A stretch of DNA of 64,000 nt from Piromyces finnis finn (lineage: Eukaryota > Fungi > Neocallimastigomycota), in assembly GCA_002104945.1 (NCBI GenBank), contig MCFH01000027.1, forward strand, positions 496,001 to 560,000, in the 5' to 3' direction. The notes beneath the pieces are model-generated. The model worked only from the letters and a program-made list of their open reading frames with translations. It was not told where the DNA came from and did no database searches. A program made the position numbers and the translations under genes. Positions 11,701-23,590 of this stretch are shown piece by piece. Position 1 is the stretch's first letter. The number at the start of each line of letters is the position of its first letter.

Positions 11701-13257
11701 GTAAGATGATGATGAAATTTTTTGGGTATGACAAAATTTTAAATAGTATTAAATTTTAATATATGATAATTCATATATTAGAATATAGTTTAATTTTTAA
11801 TATTTGGAATATTTCTTATGAATATTCATTTTACTTCTATTTTTCCTTAGATTATTGATATTTTAAAATATATATTGAATTGTTAATTTTTTCTATATAT
11901 TGTAATGTATTTATAATATATTTATAGTTTATTTATAATTTATTTATAATTCTATCCATTAAATAAATTTTAAAATTATGAAATAGTTGTTAACCTTCCA
12001 CCACTAAAAATAGAGTATGATAATTAAGTTATAATATAGGTTAATATATTATTGAATAGTAATAATATATTGTTGTAATATTCATCGTTTAATTATAAAC
12101 AATGGTAAATTAAATTGGATGAATTCTAATTCATATATTATCCATATATTGTATTATAATGTAATATATTGTAGTAAAGTATGATAATTTAAAAAATCAT
12201 CCTCTTCAAAAAAAGATGAAAAAGTATGTAGCAAAACTTTCATCCAGATAAAAAGGTGGTGAATGTTTGATACTCTATAGCGGCATGGAGAAGTAAATAA
12301 AATTATTCACCACCACCACCACCACCATCTTATCTGTAAATATGCATAAAAGAAAAGGAAAATAATTGTAAGAATAACATTGACCTACAAATGACATCAT
12401 AAATAGAAAGAGAAGAGAACTCATAAATAAGGAGAAGAATGCAGCATCCATTCCTAAAATGATTTATTATAGGATTAAAGGAAAAAAAAAAAAGTTGATT
12501 TATGATAATTTAAAAAAAATGAATATCGTTTGACATTTTAAACTAAACCATTTAAATTTAAAATTAGATAAAAAAAACTCAAAGTTGTCTTTTTTTAATT
12601 GTTATCAAAAAAATAAACTAAAATTCTACTTGCCATCCACTATTTTTAGTGGTGACCTTTTTTGGTAAAATGAAAATTTAAATGAAATTTAGACAATATG
12701 CTATCTGTTATCTGTTTTTCATCTGCAAAAATAGACTTAATTTAATGCAATGTTGTGTTAATATGAAGGATACTTAATACTAGATAATACGAAATACTAT
12801 TTAATATTCGATACTACTACCTATTTAATACTAGATAATACTAGATAATACCACCTATTGAGTATTAAGTTATTCATATATTATAGAGTGTTCTTGGGTA
12901 GGAACAAAGTATTTAAAGAATACAATGAATCATCTTTTTTTTTTTTAATAAAAAAATTCTTTTTTATCGTAATCATCCAAAAAATTTTTTTAAATTTCTA
13001 TTTTTGATAATAAAAAAAAAGACAATATATGATAAAACCTAATCCTTTACTACATAGAATGAATTGAAAATGAGTGTAATGGAATATATTTATACCATAA
13101 ATTTATTCAATTAATTCTTATATTAAATTACATGTCTCCAATAATAAATTTTAATTCTAATTATTTTATAAAAATTAAACGATCATACGATTTTTAGGCA
13201 AAAGGATAAATAAAAAAGAAAAGAGTGCGTGGTGATTAGGCAATGAGGGTAGGATAC

Positions 13258-13493
13258 TGTCAGATAAATTTAGTTTACACTTAAATTTATTTATAAAACT
13301 ATTTGGGTTTTTATAATCTTTTATTTATTTATATTTATTTTATAATATAAATATTGTAACTTTCTTAAAATCTTTTTATTAAAAAATAACCAAAGAACAA
13401 AAAATGTAGTACAATATTAATTTATAATTTTATAAAATACAAATACATAAAAAATACATAAAATATTATTTTGGAATGTATTTTATTTTCACA
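13258..13493 (-). repeat. 3' LTR (236 bp)
   Basis: Line-by-line identical to 19018-19253; preceded on the minus strand by the PPT. Confidence 0.98.
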
Positions 13494-13515
13494 CTCCCCC
13501 AAAGTTATAAATTCA

Positions 13516-16500
13516 TTATTTGTATTTATATAATAAACTATCTCTAAATATTTTCATTTTATTTTTATTCAAGTATTTAGTAAAACCATCTGCTAAATTT
13601 TCTTCTGATTTTATATATTCTAGACTGATTTTATTTTCTTTAATTAATTCTCTTACTTTATGGTACTTAATATCAATATGTTTTGACTTTGGATTAATCG
13701 TTTCATTATTTGCGTTGTAAATAGTTGCTTGATTATCAATATTGATTTTTAAGCATTCTTCCTTTATTTTTAATTCACTAAAAATATTTCTATACCACAG
13801 AGCTTGCTTTGAGCATTCACAAAGTCCATAATATTCTGCTTCGGCGGTTGAAGTTGATACACATTTTTGCAGTTTTGAGTACCAGCTTGTTGGTCCATTT
13901 CCCAATAAAAATACAAATCCAGTGGTAGATTTTCTTGTTTCTTCATCTCCCCCATAGTCTGAATCTACAAAAATCTTCAAATTTAAGTTTCTTTCAAAAC
14001 GGATTCCATAATGAGGATTTTCTTTCAGATATTTGAATATTTGTAATACATTCTTCCAATTTTGGATAGTAGGATTTTGTGAGAACCTAGATGCTTTGGT
14101 TACTGAAAATAAGATATCTGGACGAGTACCTATGGCTAAATATAAAAGACTTCCTATTGCAGCTCTATAAGTAGTAGGGTCAAAAGGCTGATTGAGTTGT
14201 TCATCATTCTTGATTGGTGTAGTTGTCTTTGATCCTCTGCAGTTTTCTAAACCAAATTTGTGTAATATATCCTTTAAATACCTTTCTTGATGTAACAAAT
14301 ACCCATCTTTTAACGTTTCTACTTTGATTCCTATGATGAAATTTGCATCACCAACATCCGTGATAACATATTTCTCTTTAATTAATTTAATAGTTTTATC
14401 TATTTCTTCCTTTTTACCAGTTATTAGGATGTCATCAACATATATTCCAACTAAACATACTAATTTATTGTTTTTGGTCTTTATAAATATGCATGGTTCG
14501 CTAACTAATTTCTGAAATCCTAGTTCAATGAGAGTATTGCTGATGTTGTTATTCCATTCTCTTGCTGCTTGTTTTAAGCCATATAATGCTTTATTTAATT
14601 TCCATAATCCTTTTTTATACATTTTATCTCCTTCAGGTGCTTTCATATATATATCTTCCTTTAAATCTGCATACAAATATGCGGCCTTAACATCTAATTG
14701 ATGGATTTTATAGTTATTAATTGCAGCTATTCCTATTAGGATTCTTAATGAGTCTTGTTTTAGAGTAGGAGAAAAGGTCTCATTGTAGTCTTCTCCATAT
14801 TCTTGTGTAAAACCTCTGGCTACAAGTCTAGCTTTGTATTTTTCTATCTCACCAGTGCTATTCCTTTTTATCTTAAATACCCATCTTGAATCAATAATAT
14901 TGGCGTCTTCTGGAACTTCATCTATTCTTTTGAACACTTTTCTTTCTTTCATATTTAGCAATTCGGCTTCTATTGCTTTTATCCACTTATCCTTATCTTT
15001 TCTTTTAAATATATCATTATAGGAATTTGGCTCCTTGATTTGTGCTATAGTTAGCGCCACTTCCTTAATTTTCTTCTTTTCTGGTTCATGTTCATGTGGC
15101 TTACTAAATTTTTCTTCTATGACATCTTCACTTGGAACAAGTTTCCGCTTTCTTGGGAATTTTTCTTCCTTTGGTGGATGATTTTCATTTAATTTAAAAT
15201 TTTTATTGGATTTTAATTTTCTATTTAGATTTCTCTTATTCAAAAAATTTTGTTTTGATAATAACTTTTTCTTATCAAAAAATTTTTTCTTAGATTTATC
15301 TTTATTGATTGGATCTTTAATTTCATTTTTATTTTTTAAATTTCTCAAATTATATTCCTTTTTATTTTGATTATTTAAATTACTTTCTTTTTCATCAGAA
15401 ATATTTTTAAATTTGGACTTTTCTTCAGGAATATTGATATTTTCTTTATTCAAATTTCTTCTTATTTCATTCTCATTAATAGGTATGTAATTTTTCTTAT
15501 AATATTCTTCATTCTTATAATTTACTTTTACATTTGAATAATTATTTTCTATTTCTTTTCTATTATTTTTATTTATATTATTTTTGACACTCTCAATATT
15601 TTCAAAATCAATTTTCTTTCTTGTTCCTAAATCAATGTCAGGACTCAGGATATTTAAAAAATCATTATTGTCAATTTCTCCAGTTAAATCATTTATCTCC
15701 ATTTCTGATGGTGTTTTTAATACTTCTTCAATTAATTCATTTTTATTTACAATGTCTGAATTTTCTTCTATAAAATAAACATTTCCTTTTGCATTCAGGT
15801 ATTTATTATTCCTTTTATTATCCTTTGATATATTTGAATTGTCTTTACTGTTTATATTTTTATTTTTCTTGTCGTCATTTCTCTTTATATTCACTTCTTT
15901 AATTTCACAAATTTCAGTTTCGTCAGCACTATTATATTTTAAATTATTATATTTTAAATTATTTTCTTCCAAGGTAAAGTTATTTATATTGCCGTCGTTA
16001 CTTCCTGAAATGTCATTATTGTTTTCTTTTTCTTTATTGGTTTCACTTACAGATTCCATTGAAGTACTTATTTTAATTTCTTTATTTTCTTCCATTTCTT
16101 CAATTTTCTGGTAATTATTTTTGTTCAAACGTTCTTTTTTCTTTTCTTTTAGTTTAATATAGTCTAAGAGATTTAAGTCTTCTTCTTCTGAGTCTTCTAT
16201 ACTCATATTACTATCATTAGTGTCCTCGCAGACTTGCATAAAACTTTCAGAACTATTATTTTTTTCTTTATTTAATAGTGACGTGAGCTTATCCAGCTTT
16301 TCTTCTATATTTCTAAATTTTTCTTCATAATTTACTTCTTTTAAGTCTTCTTTATTACTAGTTTTATCATTGAGTGTTTCTAGGTTTTCATTCATTAATT
16401 TATCATTTTCATTTGAAATGTCCTTTTCTTTTTTGTCTTTATTGTTATTGTTTTCATTTTCTTTATCATACATATAATTAAAGTTCCTTACTTGAAAAGT

Positions 16501-18969
16501 TTCTGTATCTTGACTATATGTTTCATTATTATTTTCTTTTTCTAAATTATAATTGTAGTCACCAGGTTCTTCTTCTAAAAAACCTACGACTCTTTTCACT
16601 TTAATTTTCCTTGATTTTATGTCGAATATTCTGTATCCTACTGAAGATTCATCATATCCGATAAAGATTCCCTCCTTAGTTTTGTCTTGAAATTTTGGAA
16701 TGTTACTGTCATCTAAATAATACACTTTACATCCAAATACTCTTAAATTTTTATAATCAACTTTTCTGTTGTACATTAATTCAAATGGTATTTCACCATT
16801 AATTCCACTGTGCGGAACTCGATTATGAACATAGTTCGCTGTTTTCACAGCATCTTCCCAAAAGCGACGACATAACCTTGCGTCCATTAACATTGCAGTA
16901 GCAGTTTTTATTAACTTTCCATTGAATCTTTCTGCTCTTCCATTCTGCTCCGGATTTCCAGGGACGGTGAATTGTTGAGTTATTCCATATTCGTTACATA
17001 ACTCCTTGAAGTTATTAGAAGTGAATTCAGTTCCATTATCGCTTCTAAGATATTTTACTTTGGATGATAATTCATTAGTAGTTTTATTCAGCCAATTTCC
17101 AAATTCTTTGAAAACATCACTTTTATTCTTGACAAATATTACCCATCCATATCGACTGTAATCATCTAAGATACTTAAAAAGTATACGTTGTCATGAATT
17201 GATGGTGTGATTGGACCTACCAAATCGATGTGTACTAGTTCCAAAACACTTGATGCTCTACTATCTGACCTTTTATGAGGGATTTCTTTCATTTTGCTTC
17301 TCATGCATATTGTACAATTGTGAATATTGTTCTTTTCATCATTATTGTTGAAATTCAGATGCCCTATTCTTCTATGCCAGTATTCACCATTGTTTCGTAC
17401 ATTATCGCACATTGAGTAATTATTAACTACATTACCTTCTTTGATGTACAAATTGAATACATCATATTCATTTGCTTTAACTTCGTATACATTATCTGTT
17501 TTCTTATCTTTTATATATGCAAATACATTATTGTTCTTCTCATCAAAGATTATTTGGTAGCCACTTTTAACTAACTTGGCAACAGAAATTAAATTTCGTT
17601 TTACATCTGGGATGTACATTACATCTTCTAATTTTATTGGTTCTTCATTAATAGATCCATTTACTTCACCCATATGTGTTGACTTTGTAGTCGCTCCATT
17701 TGCATAATTGATTGGTTCTACATGTTCAAAAACATTTTTGAGAATTCCTATATCTTTGGTAATATGATTAGAAGCACCAGAATCTAAAGTCCATGTAGTA
17801 AAACTTGTAGGTACATTTTCACAAGATACGTAATTGCATGATTTATTATTACATTCATCATTGTTATTGTCAAATAATGTATTGTAATCAACTGTAAACA
17901 AATCTTGATATCCAACTTCTGGTTCAAAGTCTTCAGTGGTTTGTTTATTTACTATTTCACCTGTTGCTAAAAATGCTTCCTTGCCTTTATTTTTCTCTTT
18001 TCTTAGCCTTCTTGTAACTTCTTCTGAAAGTTCTTTTTGAATACGACATTGTTTTACAGTATGTCCTTTTTGATGACAAAAATAACATGTAATGTTTTGT
18101 TTATTTTTGTTATTCCAATTTCTTTCTTCATTGGACTTTTCTTTTCCTTTATTTGTATTTTTATTATGATTATTACTTTGTTTGTTGCGGTAGTATTTAG
18201 TACTTTCCTTTCTTTTATCACCTTTGTAACTACCTTCAACACTAAAGATATGTCTAATTCCGAAGGTTTCAGATTTCTCTTTCGGATCAAATTTGTTCAT
18301 CTTATCTATCATTCTTGCTGTGTCCTTTTTGCATTCTTCCCAGTCTTCATGCTTAAGGACTGTGACTTTCCTATATTTTTCTGGTAAGGCTTGATACAGT
18401 AAACCAATTTTTTCTTCATCATCTATTTTCACATTTAGTTGTTCTAACTTATTAAAGTTGGAATTTAACTTATTTACAAATCTTGAGAAACTTTCTTTCG
18501 GGTCGTATTTTAAGGAGTTTGTTTCCTTAATAAGCCTATTCTTTCTTTCTATTTTATCCCCTAAATAAATGTCTTCTAATAGTTTCCACATTTCGTAGCT
18601 TGTTAAAGACCTATCTTGGATATCTTGTTGGCAGTTTGGGCCTAAAGTATACCTAATTAAAAATTGGATATTCCTATCTGTTTTTAAGTCATCTTCGGTT
18701 ACGTTCTTATCATAGTAGGTATTGATTTCAAAAGGTGCCTTTAGATATTCTTCTCCGTCGATATCCATTCCTTCGTCACTTTTGATCTTTGGGGTTTTGT
18801 TTTCATCAACCCAATCTTCAAGACCATAATAATTTAAAATATTCCTCATAAACATTTGCCACGTTATGAAATTTTTATTGTTCAATTCATAAGTGACCTT
18901 TCCTAGCATAACGGTAGGATCGAATATAGGAATTGATCCAGTATCTCCGTTAGATTTTCTTTTTGACAT
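13516..18969 (-). CDS. Copia Gag-Pol polyprotein, 1817 aa from ATG 18969
   Basis: CCHC knuckle CYFCHQKGHTVKQC; protease WTLDSGASNH; HHCC WHRRIGH...CTIC; integrase HIDLVGP / LRSDNGTEF / EQNGRAER; RT KARLVARGF, DVKAAYL, LYGLKQ, IYVDDIL; RNase H VDSDYGG, RKSTTG, AEAEY, KHIDIKYH, ADGFTK. Confidence 0.98.
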   Translation of the reverse strand: MSKRKSNGDTGSIPIFDPTVMLGKVTYELNNKNFITWQMFMRNILNYYGLEDWVDENKTPKIKSDEGMDIDGEEYLKAPFEINTYYDKNVTEDDLKTDRNIQFLIRYTLGPNCQQDIQDRSLTSYEMWKLLEDIYLGDKIERKNRLIKETNSLKYDPKESFSRFVNKLNSNFNKLEQLNVKIDDEEKIGLLYQALPEKYRKVTVLKHEDWEECKKDTARMIDKMNKFDPKEKSETFGIRHIFSVEGSYKGDKRKESTKYYRNKQSNNHNKNTNKGKEKSNEERNWNNKNKQNITCYFCHQKGHTVKQCRIQKELSEEVTRRLRKEKNKGKEAFLATGEIVNKQTTEDFEPEVGYQDLFTVDYNTLFDNNNDECNNKSCNYVSCENVPTSFTTWTLDSGASNHITKDIGILKNVFEHVEPINYANGATTKSTHMGEVNGSINEEPIKLEDVMYIPDVKRNLISVAKLVKSGYQIIFDEKNNNVFAYIKDKKTDNVYEVKANEYDVFNLYIKEGNVVNNYSMCDNVRNNGEYWHRRIGHLNFNNNDEKNNIHNCTICMRSKMKEIPHKRSDSRASSVLELVHIDLVGPITPSIHDNVYFLSILDDYSRYGWVIFVKNKSDVFKEFGNWLNKTTNELSSKVKYLRSDNGTEFTSNNFKELCNEYGITQQFTVPGNPEQNGRAERFNGKLIKTATAMLMDARLCRRFWEDAVKTANYVHNRVPHSGINGEIPFELMYNRKVDYKNLRVFGCKVYYLDDSNIPKFQDKTKEGIFIGYDESSVGYRIFDIKSRKIKVKRVVGFLEEEPGDYNYNLEKENNNETYSQDTETFQVRNFNYMYDKENENNNNKDKKEKDISNENDKLMNENLETLNDKTSNKEDLKEVNYEEKFRNIEEKLDKLTSLLNKEKNNSSESFMQVCEDTNDSNMSIEDSEEEDLNLLDYIKLKEKKKERLNKNNYQKIEEMEENKEIKISTSMESVSETNKEKENNNDISGSNDGNINNFTLEENNLKYNNLKYNSADETEICEIKEVNIKRNDDKKNKNINSKDNSNISKDNKRNNKYLNAKGNVYFIEENSDIVNKNELIEEVLKTPSEMEINDLTGEIDNNDFLNILSPDIDLGTRKKIDFENIESVKNNINKNNRKEIENNYSNVKVNYKNEEYYKKNYIPINENEIRRNLNKENINIPEEKSKFKNISDEKESNLNNQNKKEYNLRNLKNKNEIKDPINKDKSKKKFFDKKKLLSKQNFLNKRNLNRKLKSNKNFKLNENHPPKEEKFPRKRKLVPSEDVIEEKFSKPHEHEPEKKKIKEVALTIAQIKEPNSYNDIFKRKDKDKWIKAIEAELLNMKERKVFKRIDEVPEDANIIDSRWVFKIKRNSTGEIEKYKARLVARGFTQEYGEDYNETFSPTLKQDSLRILIGIAAINNYKIHQLDVKAAYLYADLKEDIYMKAPEGDKMYKKGLWKLNKALYGLKQAAREWNNNISNTLIELGFQKLVSEPCIFIKTKNNKLVCLVGIYVDDILITGKKEEIDKTIKLIKEKYVITDVGDANFIIGIKVETLKDGYLLHQERYLKDILHKFGLENCRGSKTTTPIKNDEQLNQPFDPTTYRAAIGSLLYLAIGTRPDILFSVTKASRFSQNPTIQNWKNVLQIFKYLKENPHYGIRFERNLNLKIFVDSDYGGDEETRKSTTGFVFLLGNGPTSWYSKLQKCVSTSTAEAEYYGLCECSKQALWYRNIFSELKIKEECLKINIDNQATIYNANNETINPKSKHIDIKYHKVRELIKENKISLEYIKSEENLADGFTKYLNKNKMKIFRDSLLYKYK

Positions 18970-18995
18970 ATTAAAAAAAAACTTACTTAAATATA

Positions 18996-19017
18996 AGAGC
19001 AATTGAGACTCTTAATC
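18996..19017 (-). promoter_or_regulatory. Primer-binding site complementary to the anticodon arm of tRNA-Lys(CUU)
   Basis: Abuts the 5' LTR and lacks the TGG of a 3'-CCA-type PBS. The + strand reads AGAGCAATTGAGACTCTTAATC; TGAGACTCTTAATC (19004-19017) matches positions ~27-40 of eukaryotic tRNA-Lys(CUU) as recalled (...GGTAGAGCATGAGACTCTTAATCTCAGG...). Confidence 0.8.
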
Positions 19018-19253
19018 TGTCAGATAAATTTAGTTTACACTTAAATTTATTTATAAAACTATTTGGGTTTTTATAATCTTTTATTTATTTATATTTATTT
19101 TATAATATAAATATTGTAACTTTCTTAAAATCTTTTTATTAAAAAATAACCAAAGAACAAAAAATGTAGTACAATATTAATTTATAATTTTATAAAATAC
19201 AAATACATAAAAAATACATAAAATATTATTTTGGAATGTATTTTATTTTCACA
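19018..19253 (-). repeat. 5' LTR (236 bp)
   Basis: Identical to 13258-13493; followed on the minus strand by the PBS and the Gag ATG. Confidence 0.98.
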
Positions 19254-19850
19254 GATACCTATAAAAAAATAAATAGGATATAATAGCGAAAATAAAAATG
19301 ATACGGTAGACCTTCCTATGAAACTATCAAATTACATTTTATTTCATTACGCATCATCACTTTTTTTTTTTTCTAAAAATAATAATACTAATAATAAAAT
19401 GATGAAAATTTACCGTGATAAGAAGGAAGATGGTTCGCCTAATTCATTTTTTTTAAAAGAAAAAAAAGTTGAAATGGCAAGTTCAGTTGAAAAAAAAATA
19501 AACTTTAATATAAAATTATCATATATTAATATATATCAATAATGTATTTAATGAATATATTAATTTCATTATATAATATATAAATAATATATTATATGTT
19601 TAATTTATTAACTAAAGATAAAGTATTCTTTTTTAATTTTTAATGGATTGAATTGTATACATTTGTATGATGTACGTACAATAAAATGTCAATCCTAAAA
19701 TTATAAATTTGGCACACCAAAAAATAAATCAATTTTCCTGAAAAAAAAACGTCAATAAACAATTTTCCATGATCTTGAAAATATTTTAAACATTAACCAT
19801 GATCTCTCAATAATAAAGCTAAAAAAATTGAATAATGAATAATAAATATT

Positions 19851-19968
19851 TAAATAATAAATAATAAATAATAAATAATAAATAATAAATAATAAATAAT
19901 AAATAATAAATAATAAATAATAAATAATAAATAATAAATAATAAATAATAAATAATAAATAATAAATA
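19851..19968. repeat. 7-bp tandem repeat (TAAATAA)n, about 16 copies
   Basis: Directly visible; causes the spurious ORF 19752-20057. Confidence 0.9.
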
Positions 19969-22900
19969 TTTAAATTTAAATAATAAAGAATAATTGAATG
20001 ATTAATGCCATTGATAAATAATAAAGAATAATCATATAAAATCATTAATAACAACAAAGACTACATAACCATAAATAGTAAACAACTCATATATAAGTAA
20101 TATCAGTTATTAATATCAGATAATATCAATTAATAATAAATAAATAGTTATATTAATGTTAAAACAAAAAAAAACGTTGTCTTTGCTTTTATTTTCTTTT
20201 TACTCCTCCATACAAATGATAAAAATAAATTAAAAACAAAAAAAGGATTATAGTTATCTTTTTTTAAAAAAAAAATACCCAAAAAGTTTTTTTTTTTTTT
20301 GTAGATGGTTTTGGCAGTTTTTTTTTTTATTTTGACTTTTATGGTAGTAATTAAATTTTTTTAATCAAACAAAATAAATAGAAATTTTAATTAATTAAAT
20401 TTATATTAATTAATAAAATTAATTAATTAGTTCATCCTGAACAAATTATTTTTTTACTCAAAACAAATTTAATAAAAATAAAATTAATATAATTATTCCT
20501 GATAACTAATGGATACATTATACTACATTTACGTAATAAAATTAATGTAATTATAGTTTTCAAGTTTAGATAGTAAAAATCCTATGGTCTGCAAAAAATA
20601 AAGGATGTCTACTAACCATAATATACCTATATTCCACTCTAACTATAACATTAATTACAAATAAAAAAATACATAAATATATATATATATATATATATTT
20701 ACTATTTACTAGTAATTTATAGCATTATTCCATAGTCATTCTCTATTGATTAGTAACTAGTCATTTGTCATAATGTTTATTTTGTTAAGAAAAAAAAAAG
20801 TTTATATCGGTAACTAAATAAAAATAACGTTGGCTTATTAAATCTATTTTATAAAAACTACTTATCAATAGAAATAATACATTATCAGTTTGACTAACAT
20901 TCATCGTCTTTTTTAAAATAATTGTGTTTTTAGTTAGTAGTAAAGGAATAACTGAAATAAACAAATAATGACTTGATTAAAAATAAAAAATAAAAAAGCC
21001 ATCATACCATCTCATGTCATGTCATGTCATTTCATTTAATGTCATGTCAATTTATCAGAGTTATCAAATGGGATAGTTCAAATATATAGTCACGTCACTA
21101 TCCAATGAGTCCTAATCCTTTCCCAAATAGTTGATAACATTACATTCAAAAGATGTGGTGGGTGAAATGTTTAATAAATATAATTTATTATTATCATTTT
21201 TTAGACATTTTTATGTAATGTAATGTAACACTAATACGTCAAGGTAGGACAAATCAACTTTAATATATTGTTATCTCATATTTTTAATGTAAATAAAGTA
21301 TTGCCAAGAGAATTCTTATCTATTATTATATATTATTAATAAATGAAATCAATAGAATTAATATATAACTGAATAAATTTATATTCTATTTCTTCTATTT
21401 CATATGAAAAAGATCATTTTATGAATTAGTGGATTTTTTAATTATAAAATTAACATGGAAACTATTTTTTTTGCTTTGCCAACAGCATCCTTTAATGAAT
21501 CAAAGTTTTATTTTGGAAGTCATATATTAATCCATATATAAAATTATATTAGTTAGTATTCTTTAAATAATTTGAAATATATTGGATTTAAAAAGAACCA
21601 TCAGAATCATGGGATGAATTTTATAAATTTTATTTTATTATGAAAAAAACCCTAGAGTATAAACAACTACTAAGAATAGAAATTTTATGGTGAATAATGA
21701 ATTATACAGAAATTTTAAAAAGTGTCACTTGGTATTCATTAATCATTGATTATCGATCAAGATTAATTATTTTTAAAGTCATCATCCAAACCTAATAATT
21801 AATTGATGCTTATTTTAATTATATATAAAAAGTCTATTTTTTACTCGTTTTTTTTTTTTTTTAGAAAAAAAAAAAACTTTTGTACTTTTTTTCTTTATCA
21901 TTATTAGTATTATTGTATTTTGATAATACTAAATAAAAAAAAAACGATTAATAAAGGTAGGGAAGAAGAAGAAAAAAAGTTTTCTTTTTTTATGTATTTG
22001 CTCTAAAAACATTTTTACTTTTATCTAAAAAAACTTTAAAAAAAAAAGAAAACTTTTTTTTAAAAATATTGTAGGTGGAGGAATAAAAAATAAAATATAT
22101 ATGTGAATATGTATCACAATCATTTAAACTATATAAAAATAGTGACTATCAACATTTAATATTTTCATTATCAGTGATAGAGATAGGAAAAAAAAAAAAA
22201 AAAAAGATACATGAATATAAAAAAATAGGTCAACTATTATTGCTACATAATAAATATAATAATTAATCGTTATAATAATAATAGTAGTAATAATAATAAA
22301 TAAAAATCCTCCACTACAATAGTCATATTGTGAGTATATCATGTATTTTATTATACTATAAATTTTTTATTGATATGAATAGTGGTGTATGATGATGAAT
22401 AATAACCACCACCACCACCAAAAAATTTTTTTATAATGGAATATCTAAATGATGGTTATCTATATAAAAAAATAATGATGTCCTCCCACCATAGTATAAT
22501 AAATCGTAGGAGTAAAAAAAGATTATATTTAATTAAAATAAATAAATAAATAAAAAAATAATTTAAAATATATTATTATTTTCAATATAAATAGTCAAAA
22601 GTAGGCATAAAAAAAAGATTATTAGATGAAATAATAAATACACTATAGATTGTTATAATAATGTGGAAAGACAAAATCAATATACTTTTAGTTGATCATA
22701 AAAAAAAAAAAAATCAATCTACTTTTTATTTTTTAAAATAACACAAATAATATAAAAATAATGATAATAATAGAAAATTAAATAATCAATGAATATTATC
22801 TAAAAAACAACACATCCAACACTTGCAAAAAACTTTTTTTAAACAACAAATTTATTATCAAAAATTTATAAAGATGATGATGAACCATTTCATTTTTTTA

Positions 22901-23590
22901 AAAGAGTTAAAAAAAGAAGGATTTTTTTTTTTATTTAAAAATTTTTAATATATTATTTATAAAACAATTATTATTTTTTTTTTTAAAAAAAAAGTAATGG
23001 TGGGTCAAGGATGGTCAAGATGGATGAAGAAAGATGGTCAACTTTTATGGCCATTTCAAATGATTTTAAAAAGATTTCATTTGATTAATGTGGTGTGTGT
23101 GTAGGATTTAATTTACATTTTCAATTCTTTTTCTAAAATCTTATCCACCTATTAAATTTCATTTTCATTTTCATGAATCAATATATTATCAAATATAAAA
23201 CTAAATAAATTCAACAACACCACCAAAAGATAACTTTAAATTTAATATAAAAAGTAAATGAATAAATATATTAATAAATAAATAAATAAAATCATGTCCA
23301 CTAAAAAATAAAAATTTATTATTTTCTTATCTTTCACCAATAATGAAAATTTCAATCACAGCCCCAAAAACTATTAAAAAAAAAAAGTTTAAATTTCATA
23401 AAGTAATGAAAAGAGGTGGATGATAATGAAGAAATATGGGTGAGAATGTAGGTAATTGAATGTGGGAATTAGTTGGATAATATCAATAAATAGCATTCCA
23501 TAGATAGTCTTAAGTAAATGAATGAATAAAAATAGATAAAAGGAACTCTATAAATATATATAAATTAATAATACAATAAATTTAATAGGA

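Larger units (their letters stand above)
13258..19253 (-). mobile_element. Full-length intact Ty1/copia LTR retrotransposon (5996 bp)
   Basis: Two identical 236-bp TG...CA LTRs (13258-13493, 19018-19253), 5-bp TSD GATAC (13253-13257, 19254-19258), PPT GGGGGAG at 13500-13494, single uninterrupted polyprotein in copia order PR-IN-RT-RH. Confidence 0.99.

Noticed and set aside
12190-12460. GC-richer patch with an FHPDK..GG-like (J-domain) word on + and exon-like hydrophobic stretches on -
   Set aside because: Needs two indels to read as a J-domain; every frame stops quickly; no supportable gene model.
13520-18387. Small antisense or alternate-frame ORFs within the copia ORF (also within ABCA, the pseudokinase gene and the LINE)
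   Set aside because: Shadows of long ORFs with no independent features.
18996-19017. tRNA-Lys-like sequence as a tRNA gene
   Set aside because: Only ~20 nt of the D and anticodon arms; no acceptor or T arm; its position identifies it as a PBS.
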